Origin: Paraspadella gotoi
Lineage: Eukaryota > Animalia > Chaetognatha
Assembly (NCBI GenBank): GCA_051294375.1
Contig: JBJCIZ010000029.1
Span: 1 to 46,478 of the forward strand
Direction of reading: 5' to 3'
Length of the DNA stretch: 46,478 nt
Within the stretch, counting starts at the first letter, position 1. The number at the start of each line of letters is the position of its first letter. The position numbers and the translations under genes were made by a program. This document shows positions 23,232-34,800 of the stretch, piece after piece. A model generated the notes under the pieces. That model did no database searches. It worked only from the letters and a program-made list of their open reading frames with translations, and had not been told where the DNA came from.

Positions 23232-23869
23232 GGGTAGTGCGGGGAAATTCGGAACACTTTTGAAAGTAATCAAATTTTTCGCATAGTAAGTTTATTTTTA
23301 AAAGTTAGTAAGAGCATAGAGCCTTTAATTAATATTTTATGTATAAAAAATTGAAAATCTTATATTTTTAAGTGCTTAAAATAATTTTTACTATCATGTT
23401 CTCAGTTTTGATAAATTATTGAATGACAATAGGTACAAAACTTGTATATATTTTGTTATTTATAGTATTTTTGACTAAGTTTTTTATTTCTTTCCATTCC
23501 TGCATTTTGAATACTTCACAGGTGTTCCGTTTTACCCCAATTAGCTATGTAAAAATAATTGAATTATTTTTTCGAAATCAATACAATAACTAAAAATTCG
23601 TAGTCTCGTCTATCAGATATTAATGTTCCATGGTCATATTACGTCAAATATTACTGCGCTGTGACAGAGGCTTGAAAACGACTACTCAAAGACGAAATTT
23701 GACTTACAGCATTCAATTTGGCTGCAACAGCAGCCAAATGCTGTAACTTTAATAATGGAAAGTCAAGTTGCTGAAATATTAAATAAACAAAAAAGATTAT
23801 AAAATATCTATACACATTTTTTGTTTTATTTCATTTCATGTCAGTGTTCCGAATTACCCCGCACTACCC
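23232..23869. mobile_element. Non-autonomous Tc1/mariner(pogo)-type DNA transposon (MITE)
   Basis: 27-bp TIRs GGGTAGTGCGGGGAAATTCGGAACACT / AGTGTTCCGAATTACCCCGCACTACCC (1 mismatch), TA on both sides, and an internal partial repeat at ~23522. Confidence 0.9.
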
Positions 23870-26800
23870 TAACTAAAGTTCTAGTTTAATAACGCCAGGG
23901 CCCTGGCGGCGACCGCGGCGACGGACCCAAAGTGAACTGATTTTATGGCGTTCCATAAATTTGCTTGTATTTTTCAGTTAGTCATTTATAAATATTCTAA
24001 TAGTTTTCATAGTAGATTTTATGTTAATCAGAATCATCAGTATTCAGAATATTCGGATCCGGTATCAATAAAATCTACAATTTATTATTTAGAGGCCCAA
24101 ACGCACATTGCTGCAAAACCATGGCCATGGCTAACCACTAAAGCGTAGTAAAAATTCTAAATTTAACTTGAATTAAAATTCTAAAAGTGAGGAACGAACA
24201 ACATTATGTATAAAAAATTTTTCTAAATATTACAATTTACGCAGTAGGCTATATCTATACTAGTACTAATCCAAATGTTAAAATTACAAAATAGTTTTTT
24301 GTTAGATTTTTTACGGATTTGGATTCGTCATTAAAAGTTGATATAAAGAAATATAACTCATTTAAAAATTATTTCATTAAGTTGATAAAATATAATAAAA
24401 ACCTATATTTTAAACTGAAAATTAAAATTTTATATATTAAATATAGTTTTTTTAATTTTTAACCCCTGTTAAGAAATTATTAAGCTAAATATTTCTGTCT
24501 TCCTCTTCTCGTACTATTTCCCTAACGGTTTCTAACGTTGCTATTTTGCTGAACTTTACTTTTGGGATCCAGAGGATTTGGAACCAGTTGTCTCATCAGA
24601 GGGCAGAACTAGTCTTTTTTTTTTAAAAATCATGCGCATGCGCAGTGAACTGCAACGTTTACAATTCGATCTTCGAATGGAAACTTCTCATTCACTCCAT
24701 GTTGCTTATCGTTTACGTTTGATATATTTTGGTAAATGCCTTTTCTTTTAGGTATTTAGTTATTGGCAAGTGGTTCCGTATCTTACTTTTCTTGGACTAT
24801 CCGGATACAAGGTAAATTGATGCAAAATAGAATCTTTTATAACTCAGAACCAGTTTCAAATTGTTAAGTTATTTTGTATAATTAAATAGTGAACACAGTC
24901 ATATTTCTAATTCTACTTTTTTCGGTTTAGTCTTCTAACCCGCTTGTTCTCGCTCACTCGCTTCGCTTACGTCAACAAGGTTCTTCTCAGGGCCGCCCTG
25001 CTATTGTTGCCTCACCCCTGCAGGACAGTGGCCCAACCATTCTAAATTACTTCTATAGTAATAGTTCTGAAGATAGCGATAGTTGAGAGAAGCCGTTAGC
25101 AAGTCAATTGCGATAGAGGAAGAAACATTAGTACTTACTGACTCTACGCTCGATAGTTTGCTAGTTTCAGTACAACCCCCTTAATGAAATAATTTATAAA
25201 AATGATTTATATTTTCTTTTATCAACTTTTGACGAGGAATTCAAATCTGCAATCAAAATTAAGAAAAGCCAATTTTGAAATTTTTCGATTTTATAAGGAT
25301 AGTACTTTATATAAATATAGCATATTGCGAAAAATGAAGAACATAAACATGAACCCAGGAATAAACAGATTATAAATATTTATAAATATTTAGTTTTAAT
25401 ATAAATATAATTATTATCTTATTATTTATTGTTTTTAATGGAGCGTTTAACCTTTTGGGTGCTCTGCGGCGGAACTAATCCCCAATTTTGCCTTTCATCC
25501 AAACTACTAGAATGACTCTTTTCACCGGATAATGGCTATGAACCCGAGCGGCCATTCTGTTGAGGAATGTCAAATATTTCTGGACTCAATGTCTGATGTC
25601 GTCGGGTGCCACTCAGTCGCGTATGGAAAACATCGCGAAGGCGGTGATGGAACGGATCCGGTTCGAGATTTTCTGTGGAACCTGGAACGAAGAGGCGTTG
25701 AACATGATAATGGACGATCTTAATCGCCTCAAGCCAGCCTTAAGTGAGGACCTAAATCTCGATTCTCGAACCCGCCGCGCCTGCTCCGCCTCAACATCTC
25801 CGACTGCGTTGTGACAGATCTGCACTAAAAAAGGTCTTTATCGTCGCTATCCTTTCCTCCTTTTTAATCTTTTTCTTCCTCTTTTCAATCCTCTTTTCCT
25901 CCAACTCTATATCAAGCTTCTCATCCTCCATCCTCTCTAGGTCGTTTACCAACCTTAGGCGGACGTTCTCACGTGACGACTTTGACGAAACGCGAGACTG
26001 ACTTCGCTCGACTTCGCCCGACGCGGGTAAAACAATAACAGGATAATTTACTGACACGCGCGGTACCGAATTTGTTTATATTGTTTATATTTTTAAACAC
26101 TTTTACAAAAGGTAAATAAGATCGACGGATTACGACGAGAGTGATGGATGTACGGCAATGAAACGCGACAGTTCTTCAAAAAGCGTCCAGACCCGATCAC
26201 GCACTCCGTCAGGATTTTGAGACCGTTAGGACCGTGAGCTCGTTTGCTTTGTGGTAAGACTCCACGAAATTGTTTAATTCACGATTTAATTCATTGAGAA
26301 ACGCCCGAACCCCATGTTCATTTGCGTTCCACAAATGGCTATTAAAATATACTTTTTTAACTACGAAGGTCTCGCTTTCACCATTGCCGTGAGGCATAGG
26401 CCTTTCCATACATTTTTCGATGGCTTCGACGTTCCCATGGCCCTCGTCCTCGTTTCCGGAAAGCGGCGTCGACGACGATCAACTAGTCACCATAAAATCG
26501 AATTTCCACAACTAGAGCCTATTAAAAATGTCTATCATTTGAGTTTCAACGAAGTGTAGTTTTATTGTAGAAGCGTTCAAACTATGAAGAATTAATTAAA
26601 ATTAATTACAATGTTATTTTTCATGTCTCAATTTATTTTAGTCTTACATTTTGGGCAGAGGGGTATTTTTAATCTTTTAACATGAGATAATTTCTTTTGA
26701 ATTGTCATCACATATTTTGAGTAATAAATATTATCTAAAAACTGCTTTATTTAACTTTGGGCAGCATGGGCCAGATTGATCTCGATTGGTATGTTACGGC

Positions 26801-27169
26801 TAAAGCATGGATCAAAAAACCTTGTCTTTACAATTTGCCATGTCAGAAATCTTATGCCATGTAATTAAAAAATGTGGTTAAGTTTTTTTTATACTTTGAT
26901 GTATGTCATTAAGAGTACTATGTAAATTTTTAATTACAACGCGAGGACAAGCTTGTTTAAAGGCACTTGTAACTCGAGTTAATAGTTCAAACCTTAAAAG
27001 CATTTGCATGAATAAAGTTAATTCCTTCTTAATTGCACTGCTATTTGACTAATTGTTATAATTGTTGTAATTGTTATAACAAAGTCAGGGACAAGATAGC
27101 TTATTTATTAAATGGATGGATAATTTTTATATTGGTTGTACCAATTTCATTAGATATTATGATCTTTAG

Positions 27170-27251
27170 GACATGTTTCGACTCTTGAGTTTTAGAGTCT
27201 TCATCAGTCATAACTGATGAAGACTCTAAAACTCAAGAGTCGAAACATGTC
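27170..27251. ncRNA. Perfect palindrome encoding two back-to-back hammerhead ribozymes
   Basis: 39-bp arms (27170-27208, 27213-27251) with a CATA spacer. Each reads CTGATGA-A-GACTC-TAAAACTCAA-GAGTC-GAAAC-ATGTC. The whole insert 27165-27342 ends ACACAAT and is flanked by GATATTATGATC repeats. Confidence 0.88.
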
Positions 27252-28797
27252 TTACCAATAATACAATTCGTTGATAAAAACAAATAAATTGTTTTTTCTC
27301 CTAAACTTCAAAACGCAACGAAATTGATAGTTTATACACAATGATATTATGATCGTAGAAAATGGTTAGTCTGTTTGGAAACTGCTAACAGCGACATAGC
27401 CGACGGCTTGCATTAGGTCCTTTTCCGCAATTGATGGTGCTTTTTCTCTACCGGCGCCTTCGCTGCTGTCAACGCCACCAAAGAACCACGGCAACCTTAC
27501 GTGACGTCACCAATGTAAAAAAAAAGCAGGCTAAGAGTAAGATGCTGAAGAGACGGTAATAGTTGTTATGAGTTAGTGACAATATAAGCTGAGCTTTGGA
27601 TCAGACTGAAATGAGGCGGTATTGCCGGAGAAATTGAATTAAAAAACGTATGTGGAACAGTAAAAAGGACAGTAAAAGTTACGTATGAAAATTCTAAGAG
27701 TCAAATATGAACCTTAATTTATATAAAAAAATTGTTTTTATTTTCGCAGTAGGCTATATTTTTAAGTAGTTAAAGGTAGAAAATAGAAAATTTAATATAA
27801 TCAGCTCGCCTAATTTTCTTTAAAAAATTGGTAAAAATAAAATCTTTTTCATTGAATTAAATCATTTTTTTGTGGGATATACAAGTGCAGTATTTAATTG
27901 TTGCCGATGTTTTTATTTCTCAGTCATTTCACAAGTGAAGTGACCAAGAGGGTCGCCACACTTAGTATGTCCAGTGGGTCTAGGAGATTCTTCTGGCTTG
28001 CAGGTTTAACCAGCCCGTCGCCCTTTTGCCAAATTCCGACTATATCCGAACCAAATTTTCGCGGGTTCTAGTCCTGAAGCGTTATCCTATTATCCTATTA
28101 TTACTATGGCGGATTTCCTGCCCATCAACTGTTTTTTTGAGCGGATTAAAATTTTCGGCGCCTTAACAGTACTAAGCTTTCAAAACAACACTAAAATGAC
28201 AGATTCTACCACCTCCAGTCCAGTGGATTCCAGATTTTTTTATAATTTAAAAATATTAATATTTTGTACTGCTGCTTGTGACAAAAGATAGCCAGGACGC
28301 GGTTAATTCTTGTCAATCACTTTATCACAGAAAAGAACGGCTTATTAATTTTAACTGTGGGCAAAAAAAATTCCTTCCAGTTCCAGTGGTGATCGTTCTA
28401 TTCACTAATTCGGTGTTTCGCTCACGGAGAATGGGAAGGCAAGGAAACTTTCTCTTTCTGGAGGTGCAGGGTGTTGTGGACGAGCTCTCTTCAAAATTTT
28501 ATTTTCGGTCATCAGGAAGGGAGCGAGCGGCGTCATTTTACTGGAGCAATGTCGAAAAACCAGTGATGTTGTCCTATCTTGGAAAATGAATGTTTTGGAA
28601 ACCCTCGTCACAAAGATTTAAATCGTGACTGAGTGAAAAAGCTTACGGAGACCTGCAAAATCATTTTCTTGTAAGAGTGATGGAAGCCTTAAACTAGTGT
28701 ATCAAGATGGATTCGGATTTTTAAAAACGTTTACACAAGTGATCACACATATATATACTTTAATTTAAAACACCTTTTATTCAATTTAAAATTTTCA

Positions 28798-30978
28798 ACA
28801 TGAGAGATCCCGGTCGATTTTTATCTGGCTCCTAAATTATGCAAATTAGCTTAAGATCGAATTTGTCAGAAAACGATGACGCTCTTTATTCGCGTAATTT
28901 TAAACGTTTTATTATTGTAATATTATAAATAATAAAATATTAAAGTTTTTAGAATATATATTTTATAAATATAAATACTTTATAGTATTTATACTAATAT
29001 AAATAAGATAAAATAATATTTAAACAAGAGCTTGAATGCTTTTTCCTAACAAAATGAGGAATTCGAACAGATTTTTGCATAAAATATAAAATTAACTATT
29101 TTGCTTGCTTAAAATCCTTATTACATAAAATAAACTTTTATAAATTGTATAATTCGATCGTTTAATTTACCATTATATGCGCTTTAATAAATAAGTAAAT
29201 ATGAGAAAACTTGATAACTAAGATAAAAATAACCAATAAAAGTAAAATATTAAAATAAATAATAATAATATTAGTATTATCAAAAATATAATTAAACAAT
29301 ATTAATAATAATATATATATATATATAATAATAATAAGATAGCTTATTTATTAAATGGATGGATAATTTTTATATTGGTTGTACCAATTTCATAAAATAA
29401 TAGTATTATAATTTTTTTTTTTTTTAAACAGGAAATTTTACATTTTTAGAGCACAAGCTTGGAAAGCAGGGCAATTTTAGTGATTAGTCTAATCTTATTC
29501 CATGTACTCATAATAACAGACTTTTACATTAAACTGATAATCATAATAATTGAAAAATATTTTTCTCTTCAACTAAACAAAAATTTAAAAAAGTCTAAAA
29601 GTTAAAAGCTAAAAACTGAAAGCTAAAAGTCAATCATTCGATAAATTCTCAGTATATACTTATAGATAAGTGAAAAGGATCCATTCAGTATCAGAATCAA
29701 TGATTAAGTTTATTATGTTTGAATGATCGGTAAGAAAATTAAATACAGTTTAATAAACATTACTAAATTTGAATAATAAATACATATTGGACGATTGGAT
29801 CATTTTTGTATTTGAGGCAACATGAACCGGAACTTATTTTTTGCCATTTTATATATAACTGTTTCTATTAATTTGTTTAATATTCTGATCATAATTTTGT
29901 AACTATTATAAATAAAAGTAGTTTCATTCAAAGCAAACAGAGAACACTTGAGAGGGAAACTTTACTTCCAAGATTTTAAAGAATTGCTTTTGTTTTATAA
30001 ATTTTTTAAATCAAAACTCGTATATGTCGATAGTCCAAACATGTCAATTAATAATAAAATTAATCAAAACTTGTCTGTAAACATTGATAGATTGCTTGAT
30101 TAATTCTTCAATCAACAATATTGAAAAAGTCAGTAAACAAATTTTGATTAAAACTCAAATACAATATGATAATATTTTAATTGTTAGTCCGAAAAGGTCC
30201 ATTTTTATGTAAAAACATTATGTCGTTATTGTTAACCATTAAAAAGTTATTATTTCGTCTCTAAATCAGACAACAAAATAGACGAAATAATACAATGACT
30301 AAAAACTATTTAACAACTATTATTTGGATGTTCAAACCCTCATACATCCTGAATTATTAGCCTATTAATAGTTATAAAAATGAAACTATAGTACATAGGA
30401 AAAAGGCTTTTATAATTATAATATAATAATAGTTTAAGAAGAAGGGGATAAAATTGTAATCAAATCATATCCGTTTAAAGCATTTATGTTTATGTATAAA
30501 CTTTGTCATTGTTAAAAAAAATATAATTCATCTTTTAATAAATATTAATATTATATTTATTGTTATTTATCATTTGACTATATAAGATCGGATTTTATAT
30601 TAATTTTTCTTCAAAAATATGTTCAGACTGAATTTCAGTAAAGCAAAACAAAAAATAGCGATTAATTTTTAAACTGTTTTCCTATAACAGAAAAAAACTA
30701 TTAAAAATTACAACATGCAGCTACTAAAAACTCATAAAATTATTAAGAATTATAAAATTAATAATAAAACATAGAAAATATCATTAATAATACCTATGTT
30801 ATTAAAATAAACTAAACTCATCGTCAGATTTCACAAGCAAAAGATGCTCTTTTTATGAAAAATTTGCAAATATCCGCCCAGGTTCGCTAGTATCTTTTGT
30901 TCTTTTTGACCGGCTTGACCGGTCTTTAACATTAAAAAGATACGAAATGACGTATTCGATCTCGGGATCTCTCATGTT
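28798..30978. mobile_element. Possible 2.2 kb TIR-bounded non-autonomous DNA transposon
   Basis: AACATGAGAGATCCCG at 28798 and its reverse complement CGGGATCTCTCATGTT ending at 30978 bound a very AT-rich non-coding interior. No TSD was recognised. Confidence 0.45.
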
Positions 30979-31128
30979 CGATGCATTAAATTAATATTTT
31001 TATACGAAAATTATTTATTTATCGTCTGATTAAGTGTGCGAACGTTTTTATGAAACTCGATGTCTGTATATTTCCAACTTTTGGACTAATTAAGATAACT
31101 AAATAAATAATGTAAGTAATCTTGCAAG

Positions 31129-31471
31129 TATGGTGGACTGAAATCCAGAACCAGAGATTCTATGAGCGGTTTTTGGAAAAATGTTTTTGTTTCAAATATA
31201 TTAAGAATTAATGCCAAAAATTGACTAAAATAACCAAATTTTCTATGAAGGAATGAGAATGAAAATATCTTTTCATAGAATTGGAGTCTATGACTAAAAG
31301 TAATTCATGTCAAATTTCACCAAGGAACCGCCTTAACGTTTAGGCTGCAACTATTCAATTTATATTTGAATTGAGTGATCCTTGACCTTAGCCCGCCTGA
31401 CCCAAAGCTCAGAGACTGCTTATATTGAACGGTTCTGTCATTAATTCACAACCAATATTACTGTCTCTTCA
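31129..31471 (+). mobile_element. Variant of family A with the same termini but a different interior (no tRNA boxes)
   Basis: It starts TATGGTGGACTGAAATCCA and ends AAGCTCAGAGACTGCTTATATTGAACGGTTCTGTCATTAA...ACTGTCTCTTCA. Confidence 0.6.
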
Positions 31472-31835
31472 CAAATTTTAATTTTATTTAATAATGAAAT
31501 GAATATATACTTAATTACTTATTCATCTTATATGGGTGATTTTCTTTAATTTTTTTAACTGGAAATTTATACAAGAATCATTTTATATGAAATTGTACAG
31601 TTGATGAAACCTAACTATAATTACACAAGTGTACACAATTAAGTATTAGAAATAAATTGATTTCATTTATTAAAAAAAAATATTTAAACTAAAAGACACC
31701 ACATTAGCATTAATTACAAAAATCAACCTAAATTTATTGATGATATTTTAATAAATATGCATGTGTAGCAGTATTATTTCAGAATAAAAATGATTGAAAC
31801 AACTTTCACTTAAATTTCAAATTCTTCCCTTTTAG

Positions 31836-34800
31836 TTATTCGGCCAAGACGACATCCTTTGCTTCAAACCCCTTTTCTATAGAAAACATAAGAGAAAAAC
31901 GTACTTGCTTCCATGCATACTTTGAACCAGATAAGGTATCTGTCTTCTTAGGCAAAAATGACATGTACACTTCAAGACTACTTTCCGGACTGTGTTCCTC
32001 CGAGACTGAAAATAGTTTATGAACATCTACTTTGTCTACTGTACTGAGATAAATCCAGCCGCTAAATTTGCTGAGATTTGGGGGTTTGATGTAACCAGTA
32101 CATCGACTAAGGTTTTCCTTGTTCAAAGGCCTTCCGCGATAGGAGCGAATTAACCGTTTTATGCCACCGCTTCTTCCCAGCCATTCTTTAACTTTGGAAT
32201 TTCTTGAAAATTGAATCTTATGTTCAAAATCCCTAAGTTGTTGCATAAGTTGCAGTGATTTACTGTAACATTCAAAGTCGGTACCCTTTTTCTCTGAGCC
32301 AATACCTATAATAAAGTTTATAATAGCTGCATAAAAGATCGACAATGGCGATTTGCAATTTTTCACGCACTTTTCCAAAATATCTAAAACGTGCCTGGGA
32401 GAGTGATCTTGTTTAAAACTGTTTAACCGTATACCTGTCATCCACTCCCTTAAATCTATTGCCAAAAGGACAGGATCCTTTTCTTCAAGAACATTTTGTT
32501 CGTATAGCTTAATTACTATTTTCAAGTCATCGCCAGCTACATTCGTTAAGCTGCCAAAATGATCACTGTATTCTGGCTTGGCAGCCAGTCGATTTAGATA
32601 CTTCAGCTTGATAATTGCGGCTTTTAAACGTCTTGAATTTCTACTATTGCCCGTAAATCTTTCTACTGATAATTTTCCAAACAATAGTTGATACATTTTA
32701 TTTACAGAGAGTAATTTATCATTTGCATCTGAATCATCTTCTTCTACACATAAACTGGCCTTATAGATCAACTGATCAATAATTTCAGCTGAATCAATCA
32801 TTATCTCTTCTGCTTCCTTCATCCAAGTTTCTTTTTGTTGCGCAAGAGACAGAGGAAACTTTTGAATATTAAATATTTCTTTTTTTGTTAAGGTATTACA
32901 AAATTTAAGTCTCAAAAAGACTTCTGCTAAGTATGTAGTGTAATAGTGTTCATTCTCTGGCCTTGTATATTTATCTCGACTAAGAGCAAAATGTTCTATT
33001 CCCCTTTTCATTATTTCTAAGTATCTTTCCATCGATTGTTTATTATTAGGGTCCAATGATGAAGAACATCTTGTAACTAAAGCTTGATCCATAAATGCAT
33101 ACATATTATAAACTACTCTTGCAGAATTAAAATATTGGTTTCTCACATTTTTGTCACAATTTTTTTTATTTTTTGTACAATTTTCAATTCCTTTTTTTAT
33201 AAGTAAAATGGCTACTTCAAAGCAAGATTCTGCTTTTTTAAAATCATTGCATCCTAAATAATGAAAGCGTCCTAGGTGAGCATGAGCATGTGGATCTAAT
33301 CGTATTTTATCCCTAATTTTTTCCAAAACCCTCAGTTTATTCTCTTTTTTTTTAATTGACATTATAATGTTGGTAAAATGTTTTCGGGTTTCATCTTCTG
33401 CAGAATCTTGAGTGTCACGGTCTAAAAATATATTGGTAAGAATTTGTCTATCAGAGTCATTGACTTTATCACAATCCACAACTATGAAATCAATGAATTC
33501 TTCGGCCAATCTGCTGAGTTCACATGTAAATTCATTTCCACTATTTTCTTCTTTTTCTTTATTCAACTCAATTTGTTCTTTCAATGCTAAATCTAAAACT
33601 TCTTTTGCTATGAGGTTGTGAACCATTTTTATCTTTGTATCATCACTACTATTAGAAAATTTTACAAGATATTCAAGTAGTGTTTCAATTTTATCTTCAT
33701 GTAGCATTTCACCTTCTGGCACACCCATCACTTTAAAAAATCGTTGCAATTCAAGGTCTCTGCATCCACGGTGGGCATATACATCGATAAATGATAAAAT
33801 ATTTGCAAACATTTTTTTGTTCTAAATTTAAGGCATTATAAACATTGTAGACGAATCGTTTTAAACTTTTAAATTTATCTACAAACGCTGTAAGACTGAA
33901 TTCTATTAAATTCTGTTTGTTTTTTCAAGTTTTTTTAGCTCAGGCCTATTTTTAATGTCAAATTTTGCTAAGCTACTGATCATCAATTTGGCTTCTGCTT
34001 GTCTAATTTTCCAGAAAAATCAAACTGAACTATTCGACCAGGATTTTTAAAACGTTGAGCTGTTAGTTTAACATTGACATTTCTTCTAGTAAATAAGACA
34101 ACAGCAGAAAAAGGCGTCATAATCCTTGTAAAATCCTGAAGCAATGCATTATTAGGTTCATCTATGAACACAAGAACTGGTAATTCAGTTTTTCTGTGAA
34201 TGAATAACACTTCTTCATTTATTTGTTCCACTAGGTCTGAATTGATTTGGTCAACTATTTTGGTTTTTAGTTGAACACATGGGTATTCTTTGTGTATGCT
34301 CCATAACAACTGCATAGCAAGAGTGGTTCCACCTCCAGATGGACTATGTAAAATTTCTATTTTTCCGCAGCCAGCCTGATTTTCTAATAGATGAATTATT
34401 TCTTTTTTTATTGCTTCAAAACAACTTCTCTGAATAGCAATGGAATAATTATTTAACTTTTCCCATGTTTCCCAGTTAATACTTCCCCCCTTTAAAAACT
34501 CTTTTTCAACGTTTTCGATTTCTTCAAAATTCTCAAAATATTCATAAACTTTATTTAGGTATAATAGTTGTAATGTTTCTTCCATCCTAAGTACATCTAA
34601 CCGGTTAAGTCTGGGGTTATTTCCTTTCCCAGGATTTTTCATTGGTAGTAAATACCCTGTTGTAACGTTATTTTTACCACTTGTTTCTTTCCACATATTT
34701 GCAAAGACTTGGTTCATATTTAGTTGGTAAGAGCAAACTTCTTTCAGAAAAAGCTTATTTAAATATGGCAGTTCATCGTCAGAACATGCTACAAGTTTGA

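Noticed and set aside
28106-28720. ORFs 28106-28291 and 28278-28589
   Set aside because: No motifs, start context or splice support; at most decayed coding sequence.
33812-34000. Programmed ribosomal frameshift or intron between the two large ORFs
   Set aside because: Three separate shifts are needed, two of them in homopolymers, and the intervening sequence reads as continuous protein. Sequencing error is simpler.
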